From Auanema rhodensis (lineage: Eukaryota; Animalia; Nematoda), in the NCBI GenBank assembly GCA_964057225.1, contig OZ059896.1, forward strand, positions 11,036,001 to 11,100,000: a stretch of DNA of 64,000 nt, written 5' to 3'. Of the stretch, positions 14,825 to 26,903 are shown in pieces. Position 1 is the stretch's first letter; each line of letters starts with the position of its first letter. The notes beneath the pieces were generated by a model. The model made no database searches. It was not told the origin of the DNA and saw only the letters and a program-made list of their open reading frames with translations. The translations under genes and the position numbers were made by a program.

Positions 14825-14830
14825 TGATAA
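14825..14830. promoter_or_regulatory. TGATAA GATA (ELT-2/ELT-7 type) site about 175 bp upstream of the ugt ATG
   Basis: TGATAAG lies in the proximal promoter of a UGT. TGATAA is the known intestinal GATA motif in nematodes. A 6-mer is weak evidence on its own. Confidence 0.4.
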
Positions 14831-16665
14831 GATATTCCATTGTTTTCTATCACAATTCATGATCGACGACAAAGTGGGTGTTCTCACTACATCAAACGTA
14901 CAAGATTACTGTTTATGCTCTAATATCAAACATAACAGGTTACAAAGCTAAAGTATGAGTTAAGGAAACAAAAAAAGTATAGCATTCAACTTCAGTAAAA
15001 TTAATTTAAATTCACAGTTCGTTGTGTATTTAATCTTCTAAAAATAATTTTTTTAATGATCAATTCATTGATAATATTTTACAATGTTTTTAAGTCTATT
15101 TCAGTGGTCATCTTCTAAAGTTCTAATTGAATTCAATTAGAACAGTATATTCAGATGAACGCTTTGGTCTTCTCTGTCTGTTTAATGATTTTTAGTTTAT
15201 TTTTCTTCTCATTTTTTATTGTTTTCAGCTGTATTATCAATATTATTTTATCATAAATACAGGTGGAATACTGCAAAATATCTACGACTTTCCTCAATTT
15301 ATCAAAATTCTTATTTGAAAAAAGCTTATTGAATGCACTTTTCAATATTGAATGTATTTATTTATAAAATTGAGTTACAATTTTAAATTCAACGAAACAT
15401 ATTTATATATTTCTTTATAGTTATATAATTATATTTTCTAAATAAATTATAAATATTCAGATATTGATGTCGTGAATGTAAACGAATATCTTATGGATAT
15501 TATTTAACATTTAATTTACGTGCTAATGACTTCTTTTTCCCAGGTGGTAAATATTATGCGATCGCTCTTGCTATATCTTATTTCGAGCTCTAATGTCTTA
15601 TAACAAAATTTATTTTACAACTACTATAGCTATAGACAACATCCTCATTTTCATGTACTTTTATAGTGTAACTTAAATAAAGTTTGAACACTAACATTGT
15701 CTTTGGCTTTCGTTTTTTTGCTGTTCATTCTTTTACGTATTCCCTTTTTGTTTCCGCCGTTTGGACCTCATCCATCATTTGTTTAATATTCACTTTGTCC
15801 TTTCCGCCTCTCCCACATTCCACCTCAACTCTAATTTTCTGATTTTTCATCCTATGTTTGAATATGATTATTTCATATTTAAATAAAAAATAATTTCAAA
15901 AAGATTTATATATTAAGCATAGTGGAAAAAAAAGTTTTTTCACAATATTCAATATAGCTCTACGTATATACATAGTTCAAAGAGCATTAATGAAAGTCAA
16001 TTAACAACAGAAGTTTTTGCTTGAATGTCTTCAAACAAGGCCATGCACATGATTGTTCAATAAAAGACTTTTAGCTTTAATATTCCTTGATATTCGATAA
16101 ACGTACATCTAATATTAGAAGCAAAAACAATTATTTAAAGGAATGTAAGTTGTCTTCATAAGCAGCATAATTATATTTAATCAATATTATTTTAATTTAT
16201 TTAAAAATATTTACTGTTTGCTTTAAAATAGAGCATTTAATAGTTAAAGCAAAGACGTACTATTGCAGGAGGCAATCCAATTTAATAAAAACGAAAAAAA
16301 AAACGATGAAAGAATAAAACTTCTCATTGTCGCTAGAAGATTACCGATTGCTTTGAAGATTCATCCATTGTGGTCATCGACATCTTCTTCTTTTTCTTCG
16401 TAAAGAGTAAGATAGATCTCATTTATCCCCAATTCTCACATGCTACGCCTATCCCCTCTAACTCCGCCTCTTTCCCGAAGTATGGCCAGCCCACTACGGC
16501 GGCGTCATGCGATATAGAAGAAAGCAGTCGGCTTTTCTGTCTCCTCTACAGCAAAAGCTGAACTTGCAAAATCTTTCTTACCTTTTGACTTCTATTAAGT
16601 CATCAGTTTCCTTATTTGCGCATTTCAAACAGATATCATGCTTGGTCGCTTATTATGGAAATAGA

Positions 16666-17564
16666 ATGATATTATTCATTCTCTTATCCCTCTTACCTCT
16701 AGCTAGCCCTCTCAACTGTATGACATGTGTTCATACGACTGCCACCACTCAGTTAGACAATTTTCGGGTCACAACCCGTTTGAACAAACCATTCTGCCTT
16801 ATGGAACCAATCAGATGTGATCGTGATCAAGATGTCTGTGTGACAATTACCATGCATATAGGTTCGTTTTTTACTATATGTCCTGCATGTTATACATATT
16901 TGGTTTAGTAGAATTTCTTATTTGCATTTTGATAACAGAAAACCGTGAAAACAACAACGACAACAAAACAAAGGGATTAAACATATTCGCAGATGTGAAT
17001 ATAGTAGCAAGAAACCACGAAACCATCATTTTCTTGCTAGTCTCTTAGTTGATCCTGCAAAAATATATATCAAAAAGCATTTAATTATTTAGAAAATCGT
17101 TGATATTTGATTTATAAATTTGAAAAAAGTATACTTTATTCCTACAAGTTTGAGAGAATTTTTTAAAAAACTACGGATAAGGTCATATGTTGCATGTTAA
17201 CTTTAGCTTTTAAATAATTCTAAAAGTCAATTGTTTAAAAACCTATTCAAAATGCAGATAATATTCCAAAAACTTCAGGAGGAGGTGAATATTGGTTGGG
17301 TGCTGGATGTGACAGACGTACCAACTTTCACCATATGTCTTGTCAAAATGTTCGAACTGTTTCTCGAAATGTTCAGTTAGGTATGTTAACTTCCATAAAA
17401 TACTTTTAATGCGTGAAACTCCTTTAGGTTATGTTCAAGAGCGACGTGCAATGCAACGAGTTTGTGTTTGCGCAAGAGATATGTGTAATTCATCCAAATC
17501 ATTAGTTTCCTTGTTTACAATACTCTTCATCAGCCTGACTAACTTTTACATAAAAGTTTTATAG
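16666..17564 (+). CDS. Secreted/GPI-anchored Ly6/uPAR (three-finger)-like protein, 3 exons
   Basis: Signal peptide MILFILLSLLPLASP, then LNCMTC, the Cys-rich core (FCLMEPIRCDRDQDVCVT, GAGCD, SCQN), the terminal VCVCARDMCNSS (C-x-C...CN) motif and a hydrophobic GPI-type tail. Exons are 16666-16861, 17279-17380 and 17428-17564. Confidence 0.85.
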
Positions 17565-17683
17565 GTTCGTTATATTATAGAATTCATTACAAAACTAACC
17601 GTGAGTGAACTAACAATCATTTTATTTCTACCCAAATAGTAAATCCCTTATTGACAGACGCGTCGTAAATTAAGAATCTATCT

Positions 17684-20600
17684 TCATCTAAAAGAATTTT
17701 CTAGCTTTATTTCAAATTAAAAAAAAGAACATACTTTTTATATTTGAATAACTGATTTTTCTTCTGATTATTAAGCAATGCTTGCTCCTCTTCTTCTGCC
17801 AAAATACGCGCTGAATGGCCCAAAGTAACACGCTTGATATCCTGTTGCTCTTTTTGTTGGCGTTCTTTTTCCACTTTCCAAGCTTGATGAAGTTTTTCTT
17901 CGTTTATGACAACAGTTTTTAAGAGAGCCTTCAGAAAATTTTATTTTTTTTTTATGAAAAAAATGTTATTCGCACCTTATTTCCTCGTCCTTTAGACAGC
18001 AAGGCAACTTTAGCGGGCCTACTCTGATTTTCTCTAGCGCTCTCGTCATCAGCTGTAAGAGTTTGCTGACTATAACCGTTGATTACTTAAGGAATTTCTC
18101 CAACAACTCATACTAATGCCTTCTAGTTTATTCAATTCACAAAAAAAAGATGACACTAGAAGAGCAAAACGAAGTTTCCACATTGCAATTGCTTCGCAAT
18201 TCATAATTCAAAAGCAAATTCGGAAGCGTAAAAGTTGGACGGAAGCCGGGAAAACTCAATAAGCTACACAAGGCGAGGACATCTCGAAATGTTTCAAATT
18301 GTACTCAGAGAAACACTTCTTCCTCCAATGATTATTTTTCTCAAAAAAAAACTAGTCTGATGCTTTTCGCTTTTTGAAGTCATTGTTTGATCACGAAAGA
18401 TAATCAATGGAAGGAACATTATTAGATTTCCGATTAAATTAAGAATTGAGTTCATCATGCGGTTCGATTTCAAACGTTGGCTACTTTAACAAAGCGAAAA
18501 AATCGTCAAATCTGTTCATAGCCTTGTCTATTCATTATGATCACTTTGAAAAGATAATAATGCTGTCTTCCTCACAATCACCCGTCTATCACCCTCATTT
18601 ACACCTGTGATCCGAAATGACACAAATCACCGAGACGAAGACATGTGTAGTACATCCCTTGTTCACTTGAAGCTTAAGCAAAATGCTTCATCTCTTTCTC
18701 AACTTCACTGATAAGAGGGAAGGGATAAACATAGTGAGAGACCGCCCGGCATCTAACCATTAATTTTTCGAAAAAACTATGTAGTTTCTTTTTTTAAATA
18801 TGAAATTTTAAAATTATCTTAACCAAAACTATTAAATCCAGCCCTAATCGACTACTCGCCTAGACGTAGTTGTAAACTTATATGTACATATATATGGGAG
18901 CGCTCTTTCTCTCCATCGCTTAATTCAATCTGTCTTCAAGTAGAAGAATTTTCTCCACAAAACGATGATTCCCAAAACAGATTTCGTTACGACCCCCAAT
19001 CGATAGCAGCTAAATACACTCGAAACTGCGTATAATAAAAATTCATACCAAAGGAAATAGTTTTTGTAAGCTTTTGTTTAGCAGCTACTGGAACAGTTAT
19101 ATCAGCGAGATTTGCAGGAGCTAGTGTTGGGGCATTCTGAAGTTCAAAGATATGAATAAATAACTCAGAATAAACAATACCCTATGAGTTTCATTAATCA
19201 ATCTGTCTAATTCTCTCATGAACTCTTCATCCTCGGGCTGTGCAATAACCGAATTCTAAATAAAATTAATATTCAGCAAAACTGTTATTTTAAATTACGC
19301 TTTTTTCACTTGACATAGACATGTTTTGTTCTTCTAGTTCCTCATCAAACATTTCTCTGTAACAAATATAAATTACAACTGATTTTTTTTCTAAATATTA
19401 TTATTTTCAGCGACACACGGTTACTGATTTCCTTGGATCTCATTCATGTGCCCTCGAGCTTGCTCAAACTGTGATACATTTTTCTGTGATTTTATAGATG
19501 AAAATTTTAATATACTCATTACATTAATTGTATATATACAGTATATAGATATATATATATATATATGGGGCGAGAAGATGACGAGAAGAGTAGCATTCTC
19601 CATAACCAAATAAGTGGGGTTCGTTCCAAGAGCAAACAAATTCGGATACGACCATTGCATCTTATTGAGTTTCAATTGACAAGGAAGGGATCCGTCACAA
19701 AAAGATGCAGGGAATTTCTCCAAATTAAAATTTAAGGTGTCAAATTTGTCGTAGATATCAATTTCGACAAACACAGTTTTAGTTGGTAAACTAATGTTAT
19801 AGAAAAATTCAAAAATGTGAAAACTATGTAAAAATCATACTAAATTTAGTTGAATTTAGTTATTTATTTATGTAGGATCCCCTAATACTAATACACACTA
19901 CTACTTAGACCTATTACGAACGACAATTGAATCATCCACAAAATGAGGGGTATATATCTAACTACAACACAAATACATGTAGAAATATTATATTATATTA
20001 TGATATATATATATATATATAGGCATATATTTTTTTTTGTTAAATGTACGTGTATTAGTGTAGATACTTTAAAATTTTTGAAGAAAAAATAAATGTTAAC
20101 GTACTCTTCCTCTCTAATCTGATGAAGTGATCTGTCCATAGGTTCCCGAAGACTTTCTTCTTCTTCTTCCACTTCATACTCAGAGAAATCCAACTGAATA
20201 TTACTGTAGAAAAAACTGGGAGAATGAATTACCTTGTCTTTTAGCTGCTGTTCAAATACTTGTAAACCTTTCTCAGCTTCTTCCAAACTGGTAGGTATTA
20301 AATCTGATCCACGAATATTCTTTATACAATTTCTGAATTCAGATTCAATTTCAGCGGGGAAACTATAACAGAAGAATAAACTAAATCCGTGATTTTATAT
20401 GAATATTATTTATACCTAACGGTTTCGTTGTCTTCAGTATTGACATTGAAATCCCATTCATCTCTTTTATTCCAATAAAATCTACAAAAAAATATTTAGC
20501 TATTATATTAAAACGATTTAAATTTTAAAAAATATAACTTTACCGGTAGAAATGCCTGAGGAAATAATCCATTTTTTTCTTATTACTATTAATCATAAAA

Positions 20601-23600
20601 AATTCCCCTACTACATTGAGCATTTCGCATACCATACGTAACCGGTAGAAATCGCTCCAATGCTCAGAATCATATTCTGGGAATGATATTAACTGATATA
20701 AAATCTAAAACCATTGATTAATTTGAATATGAATATGGAAATAACCTTAAAAATGATACCAGTCTCACAGCCACTGTAATTATATAATTCTCCTAAATAT
20801 GTGATACTTGCCATTGCTTGTTGATTAAAAGCTCCCGGGACTTCCAATGAGAGTCTAAATTTTAAATATATGACAAAGCTTAGAAATGGTTTTCAATTAC
20901 CTAATATTTTCGCATATAGAATCGATTACAGACACAGTAATCCAGTCGTGAGCAGGTAAACCGTACATTCCAGCAACAACACTTGCAAGATGGGGCAGGT
21001 TATTATAAGGTATTAACCAAGGAGAAGAAAGATATTTCAAAGTCAAGTCTTCAAATGTATAATTACTAAATGTTATAATAGTAAAAAAATAATACCTGAT
21101 AGTTCAGAATCATTCCAATCAATTCTCCTAAGCAATTTCAACACTCGAGTGACATTATCGTAATTAACATGTAAAATCTAAAATATTGGTTAAAATCATC
21201 TTTGCTTAGATGGAACTTTACCGTCTCTTTAATAAACAATTGCATAGGTGGCAGAGTAGGAACTACTTTCACTACGCCTTCTGGTGCAGGAACTGCTGCG
21301 TAATAACTGTTATCAACCAACATCTATAATATATATTAAATAACGTCATGATATACTAAATCTGCTGACTCTTTGGCGTGGATCCTTCAGTCTTTCCTTC
21401 TTATTTCTCATAACATCTAGTATAATTTTAATTTTTGAATGAGAGTCAGAGTTTCTATAATATGTATCTTACTAAGTATTTATATAATCACCTATCATAC
21501 ACATAGAGGAAAAACCCGACAGTTTCAATCATTGTGCAAGCCATGTCAATACAATGCCCTCGGAAAACATATACTAATTGTCTCAAGCACTTCAAAGCTT
21601 CCGCGCGATGAACAAGATCAAATTTAACCTGAAATTTAGAATTAATTTATGAAAACAGTGCATAACTAACTAATTCGGCAATAAACATTGAACATTTGAG
21701 TTTCTCTTCTAACCGAACCATACTTCCTTTAGACTCTTCGTATTCCATATAATAGCTAAAAACATATATAAAAAGAAATTATTGAAAAATATACATATAT
21801 AAAAAGAAATTATTGAAATATACCTGAATTGCTTCAACAATGTATTAGTTACTTCTGTTACAACGTCAGGCATTACAGGAGCTAGTGTAGCCAATAGTCT
21901 TGCATTGAAAGGTATCAAATCTAATTTGTTACCAGGAGTCCCCAACAAAGCTTTAACTAAACGTTTACGGTTTCCCTGACAAAAAAAACAATTAAATAAT
22001 TATTTTTCTTAAATTTCTACTTTAGTATTTAAATGTAACACAAATTGTAGAGCACAATTGTCTGTAACTTCACGATTTACCAATTGATTTAATTGAAGTA
22101 GGAAATCCTTAAGAAAAAATATATATGAAAGCTGCTTAATCAAAAACGTTACAGCCATGTTCTGTCTTATCTCTTCAACAGGTTCATTTACAACTTCCAT
22201 AAGAGGATGAACACCGTCAGAATCAGGTTCCCTTCAATTGGCTATATAGCAAAAATATAGTAATAAATAATATTTACACTTTGGCAATTTCAATGGGCTC
22301 TTCTGAGTGATGTTCCAACTCTTCTAAATTGATAGAATCAACACATGTTTCCATTGCATTTAGCGATAAAGTACGCTCTTCAGACTCCTAAGCTTGATAT
22401 AAAGATTGAAATAAAGATCAAAAAATACCTTATATAAATTTTTTGGCACAATTGTTTTGATATTTAATAAACTGCAATAAAAAGATTGAGTCTCATCGTC
22501 CGGCCACAAAGAAACATTTCCATCGGCTAGAGCTTTACCCATCTAAATCAAATAACAAATTAAATTTGTTTTTTGGCATTTCACCTCTAAAGCTGCAATT
22601 TCATCCTCTTCATCATCACTCGGCTCTTCATTGAATTGCCTAATTTTTTGACCTAGAACTAGACTGAATTCGATACACTGAGATTTCAGTTTTTCATATT
22701 CGTTTCTAGCTTCCTCAAGTGCTGTTTTATCTTCAGCAGAGCCATCACCTAAACGAGAGATGAAGAATACTTCAATCGGTTTGTGCAAAAACCTCGAGTT
22801 CGTGCTTGTCTTTTAACTTTTTTCTGAATTACATTCATTGCAGAACATCGACCTTCTAATTTGCTTATTGCACTATTATAATAATCAAAAATCATGTTTT
22901 TAAGAGCATTTTTGTTATCTTCTGAAATTGGGCCTTTCTCCAAATCACCTAAGAAAAAAATATAATTTTAAAATGCATATAATCATACTTTCTAATACAG
23001 TAATGGTATCCCCACATCCCTCAGGAAGAGGAATCAGCCCAGCAAAATGCCAACCAACGCATTTCAAAAGAGAACATAGCAATCCTATATTTACATGCTC
23101 GGTTCTATCAGTTGTAGTCAAGAAGGTCATAACAGCTCCGAATACCTCAAAAAAATCGAAATCTGCACATGAACACGGAAGAACATGATACCTGTAAGCC
23201 CTCCTTTTGTAAAACTCCAGCTAAAACTAGCTCGCATAAAAACCTAAAACGAATTGTAATTAATAAAAGGATACTATTTGAGAAACCTTAAATCAATTCG
23301 CAGTTTTGCAGGATTTGTAACTTTATCACTTTTTTTTGTAGGCAAACATTTCCTAAATTCGGAAAGGAGAAGTTCAGAAAATTTTTCTAAAAATTATTGT
23401 TTTAATTAAAAAGTAGTACACCCAGCTTACGATATCTGAATGCTATTTCCACGCAAAGTTCTACGACAGGAATTACTTCAGAACCTTTAAGTTTAGTCTC
23501 TGATATAGCCTAATACAAAATTAATTATCATATGACTTATAAGAAGTTATAACTTGTGCCATTTCTTCCACGAACTTGGACAAATTCAATTTTGAAAGAT

Positions 23601-23906
23601 CAGCAATAAGTGATGGGACTGCAGCACCGGTCAAAGTCTATGAAACTTTTATGTAGATTTAAATTAGCTAAGAATAACACCTTCATTTTCTTCATAAACG
23701 CTGTGGTTTTCTTTAAAGCCGAATCCAGGGTTCGTAATGCATTTTCATCAAAATATTTGGCTACAGCCAATTTGTTTCTGAACTCATTCTAAACACAAAC
23801 TGGCAATTTGATTGTACTTTCTTTGAAAAAAAATGACCTGCACTGTTAACCGACTTCTACATTCATTAAACCATGCTAAATCTGTTTCTCGTGGCCAACA
23901 TGACAT
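17684..23906 (-). CDS. smg-3: Nonsense-mediated decay factor UPF2/SMG-3 (MIF4G domains, acidic linker, C-terminal UPF1-binding region)
   Basis: More than 20 exons reconstructed in frame: LDSALKKTTAFMKKMK, LNLSKFVEEMA, KLRIDLRFLCEL, LWPDDETQSFY, NRKRLVKALL, LDLIPFNARLLATL, FIAELVKF, LLRRIDWND, YLGELYNY, the acidic linker, ALLSKGRGNK and EQQDIKRVTL. The ATG at 23906 follows the acceptor GGGTTCAG. Confidence 0.93.
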
Positions 23907-23912
23907 CTCAAT

Positions 23913-24087
23913 CTGAACCCTACTCGTTATGTCATACAACGAAACTCCTGATGGTATCTTCACCGATAAACAGTATTTTTCAATAAAATTTTTGAACGGA
24001 TAATTTATGCAAATAGAACAAAAGCAGATCAACGAGATACAAACCATGCGAATAAAAGGTAAAACCTTCTCACAATAAACAAAAAAA
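23913..24087 (-). promoter_or_regulatory. Intercistronic region of a probable operon (hnRNP F-like -> smg-3) with the downstream trans-splice acceptor at 23913-23914
   Basis: The two same-strand genes are only 175 bp apart (stop codon to acceptor). A variant poly(A) hexamer CATAAA (24004-24009) lies about 90 nt upstream of the TTCAG acceptor, with U-rich sequence between. This matches SL2-type operon geometry. Confidence 0.7.
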
Positions 24088-26046
24088 TCAATAATATGGT
24101 TGTCTTCCACCATACGGCCTTCTAGGAGGCCCGTAATTATTATAACTTTCATAATTTGTATAGGAATCATATTGCTCATATTGATTTTCAAACCCGTTGT
24201 ATCCTCCTGTTCCAGCGCTGTAAGACGGTTCGTAATTTCTTGCTCGGGGCGTAGGTGCTGATAAATAAGAGTTGTTCTTTTCTGGATTAGCTTTTTTTCG
24301 ATACCTGGTTGAGGACCATTACGTGGAGGCCCATAGGCTTCACTTACACATTTCCATGAAATTTGTCGCATTGAAGGAGGCATATCATTATAAGGAAAAA
24401 GTTCAACATATCTAAATAAGTTATTAAGAATACATACGTTTTTATAATGAACAAACCTTCGCCCCATGTGTTTGTTGTTCCTTCGTAAAGCTTCATTTGC
24501 CTCTTCTACAGAGCTGAATTCGATGCAAGCGTCACCTGAAGCTCGATTCTGAGCGTTGTAACCTAGCTGAAATAAAAATATAATATTATAAGATTTTTAA
24601 TTTTTAATAGACCATGATAGACTGGCAATGTAGAGGGTAAAAGAAATGTTCAATTTCACGAGCATCAGCGTCAAAGGGTATTCCTCTCATATATACCTAC
24701 AAAATAGTTTCAGTTTTCATCAAGGATGGAAGCCCTTCCGTACCTTAGGAGGAATATAATAATCTCTTTCTCGCCCTCTGTATCGACATTCATCCCTCGG
24801 TCTCATAGAATAAGGTTCGTGACGATAGCTCCCACCACCGCGATTATATGGTCCACGACGTTCTTCCTCCCAGTATAATTCATAAGAGCCATCAAAAGCT
24901 CGTCTTAAAAAGTAAGATTGTTCGTGTGGTAAAGCCAAGAACAGACGGTGGTCGTGGATATGTGAATGACATCAACGAAGGTGGACCACGTTCTCTTTTT
25001 TTGTTATAGCCACTGCTATGATCTTGACGATGTCGGGCAAGATCATCGGCAGTAGTACGGAATATTTCAATGTATCTAAACATCAATAGGATTATACAGA
25101 AAACTCGAGAGAAGAAAACTTCAATCCCTTTATTGCCCCACCTTGTTCCCATGGACTTCTTATTATATTCCAATGCTTTGGTTGCTTGTTCCTTGGAGGC
25201 TAGGCGGACAAAAGCTTCCCCACTAGGTCTCCCTCCCGAACGCCCGATAACCACCTCTTCACAGTCAAGCCCTAACACCCAAACCCTCTTATAAAGGTTA
25301 AAACAAAAAAAAACACATAATGTAGACAAACCCACCATTTAAGAACTCCCTAACATCTTGAACATTTGATGTATAAGGAAGTCCTCTCAATCGAACAACA
25401 TTTCCTTGGTCTTTTGGAACACCACGAGCTTTCATGATAGCTATATCTTTTTCAGATACTGTGAACACTTTAAAAAAAATTTGAATTTGAATTTTGTTCC
25501 TGCTTACCTTCAATATAGCGATTTTCCATCCTTCCTTTATCGAACTCCAACGCTTTTGAAACATCCTCATTTGCTTCTAACTGACAATAAGCTTCACCAC
25601 TGGGTCTGCCATCTCTTCCAGTTAGTATAATTACGTCTACAACTTTTATACCTAAAAAGAAAATATTAGAACATAATCAAAAATATTTAAATACCATCTA
25701 AAAAAGTCATTATATCCTCTTCTGCAGAATTGAATGGAAGCCCACGTAAACGAATATAATTGTTGGTTGAAACAGCGGCTTCTTTCTGTTCAGTATCATC
25801 GGTCTGATCATTCGAATGATAATCTTCTTCTTGAACGTCTTGAAAAGAATCAAGCGTCTCCTGTTTTTCGAATATTGAGCATTCAGCGGCTTGCATATTG
25901 GGCTCAGAACTATCATTTGTAATTTGATTATCCTGTCCTCCGTCCAAAGATTTTGCTTCTTGCTCTTCTGATTTGTTGGCGTTTATATCTTCGTTGTCGT
26001 TCACTTCTACAGAACTTAAATCGATATTGGGCTTGTTTCCTTCCAT
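24088..26046 (-). CDS. hnRNP F/H-like RNA-binding protein (three quasi-RRMs, C-terminal Y/G/N-rich tail); hrpf-like
   Basis: qRRM1 YIRLRGLPFNS...GRPSGEAY...NRYIEVF, qRRM2 VVRLRGLPYTS...GRPSGEAFV...RYIEIF, qRRM3 VYMRGIPFDA...RASGDACIEF...RYVELF. The last exon APTPRARNYEPSY...GGRQPYY* ends at TGA 24088-24090. Confidence 0.92.
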
Positions 26047-26903
26047 AATAGTAAATTCTATAAGAACCAAATTGTAAAAATGTCGCTTTACAAAACTTTG
26101 TACACATCTTAAACAAGTAAATTTTAATTTCAAGACCCTATACTAAAATAATAATACGAAGCCTCGTAAAAATATATCTAGTGTACAAACTTAGCATTAA
26201 AAATACAAGTTATCTTTGCATTTGAATATAGATTATAGCTTCACCTAATTTTTATTTTTTTTATTCTGATTTAAACAGGAACGTAAAAATCGCGAGCATT
26301 AAAAAGCTGTAGCGTCTGTTGCAAAAGAATATTTCGCATTAGAGCGCGATATCTGCACGTGATATAAAATAACATACATTAGGCTTTTTATTATGAAATT
26401 TTTTCCTTTATACCTTTTCTTTTGCATTCATAAATTAACACGATAAAAAAATGATGTTAATAAAAAAAATGAAATTCAGTGATCATCGGAACGATTCTTC
26501 GAGGTGAGCTAATATGACAATGGTACATTTTAAACTAAAACTTAATACTCATTTTACGCTCAATTAGACCTGATCTGCTTGCATGAATTTCGATTCTATA
26601 ATTCTATTTAGAAAGTACGATCTAAACTGATTTGATGTGATTCGAAGAAATATTCAAAAAAATAATATTTTTAAAACATCCGTACTATCTGGTATACATA
26701 GTTTTTTACTTTTCTGGTAGAGTGTAATTATTATACTTTGCTTTTCTTTATAAACAATTTTAATAAGGTGATCAAATTTCTGTATTTCAATTCACTATGT
26801 ACAATCACCGAGAACATAACAGTTTTTTCAAATATAATATATAGTCAACTTATTTGCAATTATCAGTTGAACGCTCTAAACTAAACATTTCTGAATCTAT
26901 AAC

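Noticed and set aside
15155-15592. Exon-like hydrophobic fragments on the + strand (possible chemoreceptor remnant)
   Set aside because: No consistent frame could be built and no family motif was recognised.
18305-18458. Possible intronic C/D snoRNA (ATGATGA ... CTGA on the minus strand) in smg-3
   Set aside because: There is no terminal stem, the spacing is long and no convincing rRNA guide was found.
18461-18471. GGTTCGATTTC tRNA T-loop-like motif
   Set aside because: There are no cloverleaf stems or A-box upstream.
22108-22152. 45-nt in-frame stop-free intron in smg-3
   Set aside because: It has ordinary splice sites and U-rich composition; one such intron is expected by chance among about 100 short introns.
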